A DNA stretch of 64,000 nt from an uncultured Clostridia bacterium (GCA_938046095.1 CALIXS010000026.1:21030-85029); one strand, 5' to 3'; positions 1-11,677 are shown, counted from the stretch's first letter. Notes: generated by a model from the sequence alone, not told the origin. Translations and numbers: made by a program.

Positions 1-504
1 AGGATTTACACCGCACACCTCGTCGATAGCGTGGCATACGGCGATAGCGGTCGCCATAGTAATGAACGCGGACTTATCAAGCTCAAAACGCGGTCTGAAT
101 GCGACGCTGATATATACGCCGGTACCGGCCGGAGAAGCAAATTTGCGGCCGAGTCTGCCGCGACCCGCGGTCTGAGCGTTGGCGATTATGGCTATCGGTT
201 CATCGTCGACGTCTATGGTTTTGGCGTAGCTGTTCGTCGAGTCGATTGTATCAAAAATCTTAAACCTGCATGGGAACTTGACGTGTGAACCGATGGATTC
301 CTCGGTAAGAAGATCGGCTTTTTCCATGAGGCGATAGCCCTGACTCGGGCGGCTCAGGATCCTGTAACCTGTCTTGCGCAGACTCGTGGCCGCTTTGTTG
401 ATTGCGGCACGCGAAATACCGAGCTCACGGCCTATTTTTTCACCGGAAACAAAGGAACCGAAGTTTTCATCTAAAAGTTTCAGAAGTTCCGTCCTCGTAG
501 ACAT
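1..504 (-). CDS. birA: Biotin--[acetyl-CoA-carboxylase] ligase / biotin operon repressor BirA (5' partial; C-terminus lies outside the window)
   Basis: Minus-strand translation from ATG (complement of 502-504) gives MSTRTELLKLLDENFGSFVSGEKIGRELGISRAAINKAATSLRKTGYRILSRPSQGYRLMEK..., the N-terminal winged HTH of class II BirA. It runs off the window edge and is absent from the ORF track. Confidence 0.7.
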   Translation of the reverse strand, partial: MSTRTELLKLLDENFGSFVSGEKIGRELGISRAAINKAATSLRKTGYRILSRPSQGYRLMEKADLLTEESIGSHVKFPCRFKIFDTIDSTNSYAKTIDVDDEPIAIIANAQTAGRGRLGRKFASPAGTGVYISVAFRPRFELDKSAFITMATAIAVCHAIDEVCGVNP

Positions 505-944
505 GCACGTTCTCCTTTTGAACATTCGTAAACCATCGCTTAATTGTATTATACATAGAATTCTGCGGAATGTAAACACATTGTAAACATTTACTCGTCG
601 ATGAGGTAAATATATATGCAGGCAAGGTTATGCAGTCAGGGTCAAAAGGTTATGGATTGTACTTGAAAAACTTTTGCGTAGAACTTTGGGAGAGTAATAA
701 AAAACGCAGCTTGCAGTATTTGAGAAGCTCCTGCAGCGCACGAGAAACCTTCGTCGCGGCGAACGGAACCCTTCCGCTGCTATAGTATACGGAAACCGGA
801 GTATAACACAGAAAGCGGTTCGGATGTGTCTGCAACCCCTCCGATGCATAGTATGGGGAAACCCTCTGTCTCCTTTATTTTTACATATATTTATGATAAA
901 ATATTTCACTGAGACACGTAAGAAAGGAAATCAGCAGCGTTACA

Positions 945-2228
945 ATGGATACTCACAGTATCATGCCGCGGGTCATAGAGATAGCTTTGCTGCTTATAGG
1001 CTCAGCATATTTCTCTGCGACCGAAACGGCTTTCACATCGCTAAACAGAATCAGGGTCAAGAATAAGGCTGATGCGGGGGATCCGCAGGCGAAGCGAGTG
1101 CTCACCCTTGAGCGCGACTACGACAACCTGCTTTCTACGACCCTCGTAGGCAACAATCTCGTCAATATCGCGATGACGGCTATCGCGACCGTTCTTTTTG
1201 TCGATCTGTACGGCGCAAAGGGAACTACCCTGTCGACGGTGGTGATGACCCTTGTCGTGCTTATGTTCGGCGAGATCACGCCGAAGAGCCTTGCTAAGGA
1301 ATATCCCGAAAAATTCGCCATATTCTCGGCGCCGTTTATAAATCTGCTGAGGATAGTTCTGACGCCGGTCAACTGGCTTTTTGCCAAGTGGAAGAAGCTG
1401 CTGTCCGCTTTGTTCAGAATAAAGAGTACAAGGGGGATCACCGAGGATGAGCTCGTTACTATAGTCGACGAGGCGTACGTATCGGGAGGTATCGATGAAG
1501 CGCAGAACAGGCTGCTGCAAAACGCCATAGGCTTCCGTGAGCTCGAGGCGCAGGATGTACTGACGCCTCGCGTTGATATTGAGGCGATAGAGGTCGATAC
1601 GCCCGAAGAGGAGATATACGAGCTGTTCAGGACGACAGGCTTTTCACGCCTTCCCGTGTATGAAGACGACCTCGACAAGATACTCGGGGTTCTCAATCAA
1701 AAGGATTTCCACAATTACATATACAAGAACGACAAGACGGTCGCGGACCTGATGAAGCCCGTGATTTATGTGGCGGGTTCTATGAGGGTCGCCGATCTGC
1801 TGCGCAAGCTTCAGGACAACAAATGCCGCATGGCTATAGTAGTCGACGAGTACGGCGGGACTGAGGGTATAGTGACGGCTGAGGACATAATTGAGGAGCT
1901 TGTAGGAGAGATATACGACGAGAGCGATACCGTCGCGGGGCGCGAGATAACTTTGCTCCAGAACGGCAGTTACAGGGTTCTGGCGTCGGCGAACGTAGAG
2001 AAGATGTTCGATTACTTCGGAGAGGAGCCGAAGATCGACGCGACCACTGTTAACGGCTGGGCTGCGATAGAATTAGATAAGCTGCCTCATGCAGGAGATA
2101 AATTCGATTACAGAGTCGGAAACAAGTGCTTTCATGCGAGGGTCACAAAGGCTGACGATCGCAAAGCGTTGGAGATCAATATCAAAGTCGAGAATTTTGA
2201 TGATGACGCAGAAGGGGAAAACAAATGA
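945..2228 (+). CDS. HlyC/CorC (CNNM) family transporter: DUF21 membrane domain + CBS pair + CorC_HlyC C-terminal domain
   Basis: 427-aa ORF. N-terminal 4-TM DUF21-like region is followed by a CBS pair (GVLNQKDF..., [26 protein letters not shown]) and a CorC/HlyC-type tail. It sits upstream of secA. Confidence 0.85.
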   Translation: MDTHSIMPRVIEIALLLIGSAYFSATETAFTSLNRIRVKNKADAGDPQAKRVLTLERDYDNLLSTTLVGNNLVNIAMTAIATVLFVDLYGAKGTTLSTVVMTLVVLMFGEITPKSLAKEYPEKFAIFSAPFINLLRIVLTPVNWLFAKWKKLLSALFRIKSTRGITEDELVTIVDEAYVSGGIDEAQNRLLQNAIGFRELEAQDVLTPRVDIEAIEVDTPEEEIYELFRTTGFSRLPVYEDDLDKILGVLNQKDFHNYIYKNDKTVADLMKPVIYVAGSMRVADLLRKLQDNKCRMAIVVDEYGGTEGIVTAEDIIEELVGEIYDESDTVAGREITLLQNGSYRVLASANVEKMFDYFGEEPKIDATTVNGWAAIELDKLPHAGDKFDYRVGNKCFHARVTKADDRKALEINIKVENFDDDAEGENK

Positions 2229-5074
2229 GCATAATGGAAAAAATCTTTGGCGACTTTAACACCAAGGAGGTCAAAAAACTTGAGAAGACAGCCGATAAGG
2301 TCGAAGCGCTCGACGGCGAGATGCAGAGCCTGTCGGACGATGAGCTCAAGGCAAAGACGTCAGAATTCAAGCAGAGGCTCGCAGACGGCGAGACTCTCGA
2401 CGATCTGCTGCCGGAGGCGTTTGCTGTATGCCGCGAGGCGGCGGTCAGAAGCCTCGGCATGAAGCATTTCAGAGTTCAGATAATAGGCGGAATCGTTCTG
2501 CACCAGGGGCGTATCGCCGAGATGAAAACGGGTGAAGGTAAGACGCTCGTCGCAACGCTGGCCGTTTACCTCAACGCGCTCGAGGGCAAGGGTGTACATG
2601 TTGTCACGGTAAACGATTACCTTGCAAAGCGCGACGCTGAATGGATGGGCAAGCTCTACACCTTCCTCGGGCTGACCGTCGGCTGCGTCATTCACAGCGT
2701 TGAGGGTGCCAAGAGAAGAGAGGCGTATAACTGCGATATAACATACGGAACGAACAACGAATTCGGTTTTGATTATCTGAGGGACAATATGGTTATATAT
2801 CGCGAGCAGCTCATGCAAAGACCGCTGCATTACGCGATAATAGACGAGGTCGACTCTATTTTGATAGATGAAGCGAGAACACCGCTCATAATTTCAGGAA
2901 AAGGCGACAAGTCCACCGATCTCTACCAAAAATCGGACCGCTTTGTGCGAACTCTTATACGTTCGACTACGGATCCGGAGGATAAGGATGCCGAGCCGGA
3001 CGGCGATTTTACGATAGACGAGAAAGACAAGCAGGCAGCTCTTACGGACGCGGGCATCAGAAAGGCCGAGCAGTTTTTCGGCGTCGAGAACTTCGGTGAT
3101 CCCGAGAACATGGAGATAAACCATCACGTGCTTCAGGCGCTCAAGGCGAACAATATTATGGAGCGTGATGTCGATTATATCGTCAAGGACGGTGAGATCA
3201 TCATAGTCGATGAATTTACGGGGCGTCTCATGTTCGGAAGGCGTTTCAGCAACGGACTGCATCAGGCTATCGAGGCGAAGGAACACGTTGCTGTGCGTTC
3301 CGAATCCAAGACGCTCGCCACAATTACGCTCCAGAACTATTTCCGCATGTACGGCAAGCTCGCAGGCATGACGGGTACCGCCAAGACAGAGGAGGAAGAA
3401 TTTCGCGAGATTTACAACATGGATGTCGTCGTCATACCGACGAACAAAGAGATCGCGAGAATAGACGATCCCGATTCCGTATATACGACGGGAAGGGGCA
3501 AGTTTCAGGCTCTCGTACGCAGGATAGTCGAGATACATGAGACAGGCCAGCCTGTTCTGGTCGGTACGATATCGATCGAAAAATCGGAGCTAATAAGCAA
3601 TATGCTGAAGAAGTGCGGGGTTGAGCACAACGTACTGAACGCCAAGCAGCATGAAAGGGAGGCCGAAATTGTCGCCGAAGCGGGACGCAGAGGAATGGTA
3701 ACTATCGCCACCAACATGGCGGGCCGCGGTACCGATATTATACTCGGAGGAAACCCGGAATTCGAATCAAAGCGCGAGATGAGAAAGCTCGGTTATACGG
3801 ACGAGCAGATATCGTTCGCCACAAGTTTTGTCAAGAGCGATGATCCCGAGCTCAACGGGGCGCGCGAAAAATTTAATGTCCTCATGGAAACCTTCAAGGC
3901 TGAGCGCCAAGCTGAGCATGAGGAGGTCGTCGCGCTCGGAGGATTGTTCATACTCGGCTCGGAGCGTCATGAGTCAAGGCGTATAGACAATCAGCTTCGC
4001 GGACGTTCCGGACGTCAGGGGGACCCCGGGCATACGCAGTTTTTCATATCGCTTGAAGACGATCTGATGAGGCTTTTCGGCGGAGAGCGCATACAGGCGA
4101 TAATCAGCAGAGTCGGCGTCGAGGAGGATGAACCGATAGAGACGAGAGTGCTCTCGCGGTCAATCGAAAATGCCCAGAAGAAGGTCGAGGGCAAAAACTT
4201 CGGTATCAGAAAATATGTTCTTCAATACGACAACGTCATGAACAAGCAAAGGGAGATCATATACTCGGAGAGGCGCAGAGTTCTTTTCGGTGAGGATCTT
4301 CGCGAGCATATAATGAACATGAAAAACACCATGGTTGAAACGATCATAGAGCCTGTAACGATGGCGGGTAAATTTCCTGAGGAATGGGACTTCGCCGGAA
4401 TGAACAGGGATATACACAAGCTGATACCGCTATATAACGGAAAGTCGAGCTATACGCCCGATGAGCTTCGCACCATGACGGCGGAGTCTCTGACGGAGGA
4501 TGTGGAGTTAAGGCTTGACAGGATATATGAGATCAAGGAGCAGGAGATAGGCCCGGAGCGCATGCGTGAGATAGAGCGCATGGTGCTGCTCAGAGTTGTT
4601 GATAATCTTTGGATGGACCACATAGACGCGATGGATCAGCTTAAGTCCGGCATCGGTCTTAGAGCTATCGGACAGCAGGATCCGGCTGCCGAATACGGCA
4701 AAGAAGGTTTTGAAATGTGGGAACAGCTCATGGGGGCTATCCAGGAGGATACAGTCAGATATTGCTACGGCGTTACTATAAACACGGGGACGCAACGCAA
4801 GGCGATAGTTACCGGAGGTACGGCATCAAAGTCCGAATACAGAGACGACGATACGCTCCAAAGTGAAAGAGGGAGACAGTCGGGTCAGGCCGCGGGCATT
4901 CCGAAGCAGGGAGCAAAGGTGCCGCCTCGTCAGACTAAGCCCGAAACGGTGAGGCGGGACAGGCCTAAGGTCGGGAGAAACGATCCGTGCCCGTGCGGAA
5001 GCGGCAAAAAATATAAGAACTGTTGCATGAAGAAGGATATGGGACTTGTCGACAATCCTTTCGAAGCACAGTGA
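2225..5074 (+). CDS. secA: Preprotein translocase ATPase SecA
   Basis: 949 aa. Has the DEAD-like motor motifs ([37 protein letters not shown]) and the C-terminal zinc-binding tail [14 protein letters not shown] basic, Pro-rich linker precedes the zinc finger. Confidence 0.97.
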   Translation: MSIMEKIFGDFNTKEVKKLEKTADKVEALDGEMQSLSDDELKAKTSEFKQRLADGETLDDLLPEAFAVCREAAVRSLGMKHFRVQIIGGIVLHQGRIAEMKTGEGKTLVATLAVYLNALEGKGVHVVTVNDYLAKRDAEWMGKLYTFLGLTVGCVIHSVEGAKRREAYNCDITYGTNNEFGFDYLRDNMVIYREQLMQRPLHYAIIDEVDSILIDEARTPLIISGKGDKSTDLYQKSDRFVRTLIRSTTDPEDKDAEPDGDFTIDEKDKQAALTDAGIRKAEQFFGVENFGDPENMEINHHVLQALKANNIMERDVDYIVKDGEIIIVDEFTGRLMFGRRFSNGLHQAIEAKEHVAVRSESKTLATITLQNYFRMYGKLAGMTGTAKTEEEEFREIYNMDVVVIPTNKEIARIDDPDSVYTTGRGKFQALVRRIVEIHETGQPVLVGTISIEKSELISNMLKKCGVEHNVLNAKQHEREAEIVAEAGRRGMVTIATNMAGRGTDIILGGNPEFESKREMRKLGYTDEQISFATSFVKSDDPELNGAREKFNVLMETFKAERQAEHEEVVALGGLFILGSERHESRRIDNQLRGRSGRQGDPGHTQFFISLEDDLMRLFGGERIQAIISRVGVEEDEPIETRVLSRSIENAQKKVEGKNFGIRKYVLQYDNVMNKQREIIYSERRRVLFGEDLREHIMNMKNTMVETIIEPVTMAGKFPEEWDFAGMNRDIHKLIPLYNGKSSYTPDELRTMTAESLTEDVELRLDRIYEIKEQEIGPERMREIERMVLLRVVDNLWMDHIDAMDQLKSGIGLRAIGQQDPAAEYGKEGFEMWEQLMGAIQEDTVRYCYGVTINTGTQRKAIVTGGTASKSEYRDDDTLQSERGRQSGQAAGIPKQGAKVPPRQTKPETVRRDRPKVGRNDPCPCGSGKKYKNCCMKKDMGLVDNPFEAQ

Positions 5075-5227
5075 AGCACGAGAAGGCAGGCGCAAATTCC
5101 GAAGCCGCTTTGTGCCGTATGACGCATTACGTCGCGTGCCGGTACTAAAGTTACAGACGGCAAAACCGGAGAAGGCCGTATGCGAGTTCAATTACGTCGC
5201 GGGCGTGCCGGAGGAGTGCGGTAACGT

Positions 5228-5253
5228 TGGCCGCTGAAGGCTTGCGGCCTTTT
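5228..5253 (+). terminator. Putative intrinsic terminator after secA
   Basis: GGCCGC-tgaaggctt-GCGGCC stem followed by TTTT. Confidence 0.4.
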
Positions 5254-5339
5254 CGGGATATCGAAAACATAATAACGGAACTATAACAGCAGGAATGTAA
5301 TAACAGATAGTTTTTTTAAGAGTGAAAGGAAGTGATGAT

Positions 5340-6441
5340 ATGTTGAAGCTTGACGAGATAAGGCAGGAGCTGCCCGCAGTCGAGGCTAAACTACATGAGG
5401 CAGGTGAGTCCCTTTGACCTTGCAGGTCTCAGGGAACAGATAGCGGAAATGTCGAAGGCGGCTGAGGCGCCTGATTTCTGGAACGATCAGGAAAAGGCGC
5501 AGAGTCTGCTCAAAAAGCGTAAATCGCTCGAAAACACGGTGGACGAATACGATCGCCTCGAAAAGGGATTTGCCGATATAAGGGATCTCATAGAGATAGC
5601 GGAGGAATTGGGCGATGAAGATGAGGCGGATACAGTAGTCGGGACGTTCGGCAAGCTTCGCGAGGATGCGGAGACATTCAGGCTTCAGACAATGCTCGAC
5701 GGCAAGTACGATCATAACAGTGCGATACTTGCGGTGCATGCAGGGACAGGCGGTGTCGATGCCATGGACTGGGCGGGCATGCTTATGAGGATGTATATGC
5801 GCTGGGCCGAGAAAAAAGGCTACAAGGTGGATGTGACCGATCTTCAGGACGATACGGAGGCGGGGATAAAGAGCGTTACGATGATAATAGAGGGAGAAAA
5901 CGCCTACGGTTATCTGCGCCGCGAAAACGGCGTACACAGGCTTGTCAGGATAAGTCCGTTCAATGCCGCGGGAAAGCGCCAGACATCGTTTTCGTCGGTC
6001 GAGGTGATGCCGGAGATAGAAGACGATATTACAATTGAAATAAATCCGGCAGATATCAAGATCGATACATACCGCTCGACCGGAGCCGGAGGGCAGCACG
6101 TCAATACGACGGACTCGGCGGTCCGTATAACACACCTGCCGACGAATATAGTCGTCACCTGTCAGAACGAGCGGAGCCAGCATCAGAATCGTGACGTCGC
6201 GATGAAGATACTCGCTTCGAGACTTACAGAGCTGGCCGAACGAGAGCACAAGGAAAGCCTCGACGAGCTTAAAGGTGATTTCTCACAGATAACATGGGGC
6301 TCGCAGATAAGGAATTACGTTTTTCAGCCGTATACTCTCGTCAAGGATCTCAGGACGGGAGCGGAGGTCGGCAATGTTGGCGCGGTGATGGACGGAGATA
6401 TAGATTACTTCATCAATGAGGGACTGAAAGCGAGGATATAA
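5340..6441 (+). CDS. prfB: Peptide chain release factor 2 with programmed +1 ribosomal frameshift
   Basis: ATG at 5340 opens a 25-codon frame (MLKLDEIRQELPAVEAKLHEAGESL) ending at in-frame TGA 5415-5417, within the canonical CTT TGA C slip site. The +1 frame continues DLAGLREQIAEMSK... through RF2 motifs (SPFNAAGKRQTSFSSVEV, GGQHVNTTDSAVRITHLPT). An internal SD-like GAGG lies a few nt upstream of the slip site. Confidence 0.9.
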
Positions 6442-6992
6442 TGACTGTGCCGGTGAAGAGGGGCGGTGCGTGGTACGCGGACGGCGTTTTGATCGTAAAC
6501 AAAAGCTACCCGCTTGACCCGTCGTTCGGAGGCGGACTGACGCCGGAAACGGAGAGCGCGTTCAGGGCTATGGCAAAGGACGCATGTACGCTGGGGCTCG
6601 AGCTCGAGAATAACAGCGGCTTCAGACCGTACGACTATCAGAAAAAAATATATATGCAGTACTGCGAGGAGGATGGTCAGGCGCTTGCGGACACATATTC
6701 CGCAAGGCCGGGTCACTCCGAACATCAGTCCGGGCTTTGCTTTGATCTGAATTCCATCTCCGACGAGTTCGCAGACACGCCCGAAGGCAGATGGGTAGAC
6801 GAAAACTGTCGCAGATACGGACTTATTATAAGGTTCCCTAAAGGAAAGGAATCCTTTACCGGCTATAAGTATGAGCCGTGGCATTTGAGATACGTGGGAG
6901 ATGCGCTTGCCGAAAAGCTGTACAATAACGGAGATTGGATAACACTCGAGGAGTGGTTTTCTCTGCCGAGCAGCTATGACGATATAAAATAG
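6441..6992 (+). CDS. M15 family D-alanyl-D-alanine carboxypeptidase (VanY-like)
   Basis: 183 aa with the VanY zinc-peptidase signature SARPGHSEHQSGLCFDL and EPWHLRY. Its start overlaps the prfB stop (ATGA). Confidence 0.8.
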   Translation: MTVPVKRGGAWYADGVLIVNKSYPLDPSFGGGLTPETESAFRAMAKDACTLGLELENNSGFRPYDYQKKIYMQYCEEDGQALADTYSARPGHSEHQSGLCFDLNSISDEFADTPEGRWVDENCRRYGLIIRFPKGKESFTGYKYEPWHLRYVGDALAEKLYNNGDWITLEEWFSLPSSYDDIK

Positions 6993-6995
6993 ACG

Positions 6996-7244
6996 TCAGC
7001 GCAGTCGTTTCGATGCTTGTCCGAACAGGTCCTCAGATATCAGGCTCGAAACGTCGATATCATATATTTCCGAAATGCGGCACGCGGTATAAAAGCTCAT
7101 AATCTGCTTTCCCGTTTCAACTGCGGAATAGGATGAACGGCCCATACCTATCATACCGGCAACCTCGGCCTGTGTAAGATCATGTAGAAGCCGGAGCATT
7201 CGGATATTTGTGCATGAACAAAAAACAAAGTTCTCGTAATCCAT
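6996..7244 (-). CDS. XRE-family helix-turn-helix transcriptional regulator
   Basis: 82 aa. LRLLHDLTQAEVAGMIGMGRSSYSAVETGK matches the Cro/C1-type HTH. RBS AGGGGA lies 6 nt upstream. Confidence 0.7.
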   Translation of the reverse strand: MDYENFVFCSCTNIRMLRLLHDLTQAEVAGMIGMGRSSYSAVETGKQIMSFYTACRISEIYDIDVSSLISEDLFGQASKRLR

Positions 7245-7290
7245 TTTTATCCCCTGTCCGCGTTTATTTATAAGGAACTTATTATCATAA

Positions 7291-7312
7291 TAATATGATA
7301 ATTTGCACGAAA
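7291..7312. promoter_or_regulatory. Perfect 9-4-9 inverted repeat ATTATCATA-ataa-TATGATAAT, candidate operator
   Basis: Lies in the divergent intergenic region between the XRE regulator and the 7385 ORF, about 47 bp upstream of the XRE start. Confidence 0.4.
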
Positions 7313-7384
7313 GTAAAGTGACCGACGGTATTCCGGTACCGGACTGAGGGGCGGGCGAGATGTCTGCCGGGAGGAGAAATAGAT

Positions 7385-8479
7385 ATGCTTATAGAAGCCT
7401 TAAGCAGGCAGACGATCGATCCGCAGACTCTCGATGAGGCAACGAGAGCATGCTCGCCTGCGCTTGATGAACTGTGGAAGACAACGCCTATACGCGATTC
7501 CATCGCGAAAAATGATGTGAATCTTGCAGAACAGCTCAGGGGTACGGCCGACGCAATCAGAGAGTCGAGCGATGCGGTGCTCGTGGTCGCCGGACGCAGT
7601 GAGGGTGCGGCAATAAGAGCGGCGCTTTCCGCGATAGAAAAGAAAGACGGTTCGCCGGAGGTTACAGTGACCGGCACGAGCCTTTCCGCTGCCGGATACG
7701 CTGCGATATTCGAAAGACTTGACAACAAAAGAGTATCGCTGATAGCTGTATCGTGCTCGGCGGAGGATCTGCCTCTTCGTGCCGCATATGCTATACTTAA
7801 AGCATACGTATTCAAATCGGCTAAGCGGGAGGGAGACCCTGCAAGGGTATATGCTGTCGTTGCCGACGGCCCCGGCGGGTCTCGGGTAATAGCCCGTGAT
7901 GCCGCGGAAAACGAATATCCGATTATAAGGCTTCCGGAGAATACGGATCCGCGCTTTACGGCCAATACAGCGGCCGTGCTGCTTCCGTTCATGGTCAAAG
8001 GCGGTGATGTAAGGGAATACATAAGAGCTTTCGGTGAGACTGTCGCTTCGCCGGAGTGGGATGGCGACGGTACGATCGCCGCCTACCTCATGAGCAGAGC
8101 CTCCGTCCGGCTTTTTGAAACGTGGCAGGCCGAATACGGCGATATGACAAGGTGGCTCGCATCGTCAGGCGGAATAGCCGTTATGATGCCCGACGATACC
8201 CCCGTAAAGCGTGAGATACTCTCCCGCGGTGATGTATTCGAGCTTATGATAGGAAGCGACGAGGGACATCAGGATGTTATGACTCCGTTATTTGACGGCT
8301 GCGATCCCGACGGGTCGCTCGAACTGCTCACGTTGAGTGAAAGTGAGCGGGATTTCTTCGGAACCGAGGCGGGGCAGGGAATCAAGCTCAGGGCTGAAAG
8401 AGCGGACAGCGCGGCTTGCGGAGCTTTAATGGCATTCTGTCAGATGACGCTTTATATTGCGGATTATCTCGAACAATAA
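7385..8479 (+). CDS. Hypothetical protein (possibly a degenerate SIS/phosphosugar-isomerase-like fold)
   Basis: 364-aa ORF with GC-rich codon usage consistent with its neighbours. No confident motif. There is a faint resemblance to SIS-type segments (VLVVAGRSEGAAIRAALSAI; LIAVSCSAED). Confidence 0.5.
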   Translation: MLIEALSRQTIDPQTLDEATRACSPALDELWKTTPIRDSIAKNDVNLAEQLRGTADAIRESSDAVLVVAGRSEGAAIRAALSAIEKKDGSPEVTVTGTSLSAAGYAAIFERLDNKRVSLIAVSCSAEDLPLRAAYAILKAYVFKSAKREGDPARVYAVVADGPGGSRVIARDAAENEYPIIRLPENTDPRFTANTAAVLLPFMVKGGDVREYIRAFGETVASPEWDGDGTIAAYLMSRASVRLFETWQAEYGDMTRWLASSGGIAVMMPDDTPVKREILSRGDVFELMIGSDEGHQDVMTPLFDGCDPDGSLELLTLSESERDFFGTEAGQGIKLRAERADSAACGALMAFCQMTLYIADYLEQ

Positions 8480-8601
8480 TTTGGGCGCAGGGGTTTACTT
8501 TGCTGTCCGGTGTGATATAATTACTGTATACGATAAGTTAATTTTTTAACAAGAACCGCAGTTGCGGTCAATTTATCAATATCTACGCAGGAGGTACACA
8601 A

Positions 8602-9452
8602 TGAAAAAAATCGGCGTATTAGGAACCGGAACTATGGGTGCAGGAATTATCCAGGTACTCGCTCAGAACGGCTACGAGGTGGTTATGAGAGCCAGACGTC
8701 AGAGCTCTATTGACAAGGGCATGGCGACTGTCGAAAAGAACCTCGGCAAGATGGTGGCAAAAGAGAAAATAACCGAAGCTGACAAGGCTGAAATCCTCGG
8801 CAGGATTACGGGATCGACCGAGCTTGAGGTGATCAGGGATGCCGACCTTATTATAGAGGCGGCAACGGAGGATATGGAGGCCAAGAAGGCTTTGTTCGCC
8901 GAGCTTGACACCATACTCAAGCCGGAGGCCATCATGGCATCCAACACATCGTCTCTGTCGATAACGGAGATCGCATCCGCAACAAACAGGCCTGATAAGG
9001 TTATCGGCATGCACTTCTTCAACCCTGTACCGGCGATGAAGCTCGTAGAGATCATCAACGGTCTTGCCACATCGGACGAGACGAACAAAACGATCATCGA
9101 ACTTTCCGAAAAGCTCGGCAAAACTCCGGTAGAGGTGGCTGAGGCTCCGGGATTCGTAGTCAACAGGATCCTTGTGCCGATGATCAACGAGGGTATCGGG
9201 ATTTTTGCGGACGGCGTTGCCAAGACACCTGCCGATGTAGATACGGCGATGAAACTCGGCTGCAACCACCCTATGGGACCTCTCGAGCTGGGCGACCTTA
9301 TCGGACTCGACGTATGCCTCGCTATAATGGACGTTCTTTATCACGAGTATGGCGATCCTAAGTACAGAGCGCACGTCCTCCTCCGCAAGATGGTCAGAGC
9401 GGGCAAGCTCGGCCGCAAGACCGGCGAAGGCTTCTACAACTACAACAAATAA
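8602..9452 (+). CDS. hbd: 3-hydroxybutyryl-CoA dehydrogenase
   Basis: [16 protein letters not shown] Rossmann motif, [28 protein letters not shown], and the C-terminal 3HCDH domain. AGGAGG RBS at 8589-8594 supports ATG 8602 rather than the ORF-track start at 8562. Confidence 0.9.
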
Positions 9453-9513
9453 TTCCGGCAGTTTCGAGTGACGCGGGAAGAAATCAAAGGAGCAGCTCTG
9501 TTAGCGTTTACCG

Positions 9514-9548
9514 GCGGCATAGATTTTTGAAAATCTATGCCGCTTTTA
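9514..9548 (+). terminator. Intrinsic terminator after hbd
   Basis: CGGCATAGATTTT / AAAATCTATGCCG stem followed by CTTTT. Confidence 0.55.
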
Positions 9549-9645
9549 GCGTTTACACCACGCAGAGTAATTCAGTGCTCTGTAAGTAATAGCTTCATAG
9601 GAATATCAAAGAATTTTTAATTGCGGTAAACGGCAATTCTGCCTT

Positions 9646-11221
9646 TCAGGAGAATCTTGACTGATTATGCTCAACAATTCTTCCGTCAAGAATTTCAATG
9701 GTTTTATCGAACAGGTTGACGTAGTCGTCGCTCTTGTTGTGAGAAACGATAATTATAGTGCGGTTGGTTTTTAATAACTCCTCAGTAATTTCATATTCGC
9801 TTTTTTTATCAACGTGAGCAAACAGTTCGTCCAGAATGAGTATTTGTTTTCCTGAGTTCATGCCTCTTGAAATCATCAATTTTGCCTTCTGCCCCGTAGA
9901 AAGAGTGGTTCCGGAGAAGTCGAGGTATTCACGTTCCAATTTATCGGTATTGTAATTAACAGAGATGTTATATTCCCCGAACAAAGACAGATTGTCTTCC
10001 ATGGTTCCGGCATAAACAGCATATTTGGAGGCATAGAAACTGAGACTGGAAAAATCAATTGTTTCGATGGCTTGGCCATCTACAAATATTTTTTGCCCCG
10101 ATCGTGGCAGCTCTCCGGAAATCAGTTTTACAAGCGTTGACTTACCGGCGCCATTCTCTCCGATGATAATTATTTTATCTCCCTTATTAATCGTAATATC
10201 ACTTCCGCTAAGCCGGAAGGTATCGAAACAGTAATAAATATATTCCACACTGAGCTTTGAAAAATCATTGATTGATGTTTTGACGGGTTCATATAGATCT
10301 AAAATGCTCTGAACCTTTTCTCTTATCTTTTTCGAAGATTTGATGGTGATTATTTCAAAAACTATATCCCTGATTGGGACTGAGACGAGATCGATATAAG
10401 CGATAATTGCAATAAATGACGATAAAGATAAGATATTGTAATAAATCATCAATATTCCCGCTATGAATGCAACTATATTAATAAAATATAATGAGGCACC
10501 GGAAAAAATATGAGTAAAGGATTGGTATTTAATTAGCGAAAACAGAGAATTCTCATGTTGCTCATTGTATTTATCGAAGAGATCCGTAAATATAGGGCTC
10601 GATGAATAATTAAATTCTTCACTCCCGTATATAAGGCCTTCTATTGCTGCAATTAGTTTGGCTTCCGCGTCACTTTTTTCCTTTCGCCTTTCCTGCAGTT
10701 CTTTTCCTACAATCTTGGGAATTATCATCGAGATGAGACATGCGGAAATGACAATAATTGAAAGAGGAATGTTCATATATATCATATACGTAAAATATAC
10801 GACGAACGATAAGCTGCTGATAAGGAGCTCTATGGTGCAGAAAATATAGTTGTCAAATACCGTTTCGGCATCATTTGTTATAGAGTTAATGTAATCGCTG
10901 GTTTCTTTTACATTAATTTTGTAATGAGGCGCTAAGGTGATTGACTGAAACATATCGTGCTTAATAGAGAGTGCATACTTTTGATGATATTTCCCTATAT
11001 ATATCTTCTTTAGATATTCAAACAGGAGAAAAAATATAACACTTAATATATAGGCGATGGAATATCCTACGATCTCGGAAAGTGTGAACGTGGTATACTC
11101 GTCGATAACTTTTTTGGTGAGAATAGGTATTACCGAAATGAAAATTGTACTTAGAAGCGTAAACAGCAGAATTAAGAAAGTATTTACTCTATTGATGCGG
11201 AAATATTTTTTTATATACATA
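9646..11221 (-). CDS. ABC transporter, fused permease/ATP-binding protein (exporter type), encoded in the AT-rich island
   Basis: N-terminal ~6 TM segments. C-terminal NBD has Walker A GENGAGKST, signature LSTGQKAKL, Walker B ILILDE and H-loop VSHN. Start set at MYIKKYF (GGGAGAG RBS 7 nt upstream); the ORF-track start at 11382 lacks an RBS. GC content is far below the flanking DNA. Confidence 0.8.
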
Positions 11222-11401
11222 ATCGTCACTCTCCCTGTTATGAGGATATCATAATTGCTCCGCATACGGGGAAAAGTATGAATTAATTTAAGTCGGTTGA
11301 TTGTAAAATCAAGTTGAACATGTAATGTAAAAAAAGTCCATACAGTATCTCTCTGGTAGAATGTAAGTGTACAAAGCTTCATTCACAAGGAGAAAAAACA
11401 T

Positions 11402-11677
11402 ATGGACCACTTACATTTTACTACAATAGAACACAAAAAGGGACAACATCTTTCATTTGAGCATCGGGTTTTGATTCAAACCCGCCTCAAGGATGGCTTG
11501 AGTCCAAACAAGATTGCTCAAGAGATCGGCTGTGCACCTAACACTGTTCTTAACGAGGTCAAGCGCGGAACAGTTGCGCTGTACAATGAAAATATTCTCC
11601 GGTACAAAGCTACGATAGGTCAAGAGGCCTACGAGCGTAACCGTCTGCCGTGCTGCCGACATTACGACTTCCTCTAA
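11402..11677 (+). pseudogene. IS30-family transposase N-terminal HTH fragment (truncated after ~90 aa)
   Basis: MDHLHFTTIEHKKGQHLSFEHRVLIQTRLKDGLSPNKIAQEIGCAPNTVLNEVKRGT...YERNRLPCCR matches the IS30 N-terminal HTH pattern (HLTxEERxxI...G.S...IA..LG....TI.RE..R). The DDE catalytic domain is missing. Confidence 0.6.

Noticed and set aside
2360-3538. Antisense ORFs (156 aa, 214 aa) inside secA
   Set aside because: Shadow ORFs of a highly conserved gene in GC-rich DNA.
5386-6249. 287-aa antisense ORF opposite prfB
   Set aside because: It lies fully within the conserved RF2 coding region on the other strand. There is no RBS, and the codon bias mirrors the sense gene.
8562-8601. ORF-track start of hbd at 8562 ([13 protein letters not shown]...)
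   Set aside because: No RBS. The conserved Rossmann N-terminus begins at MKKIGVLG (8602), which has a perfect AGGAGG 8 nt upstream.
8619-9374. 251-aa and 188-aa antisense ORFs opposite hbd
   Set aside because: Shadow ORFs of a conserved gene with no independent start signals.
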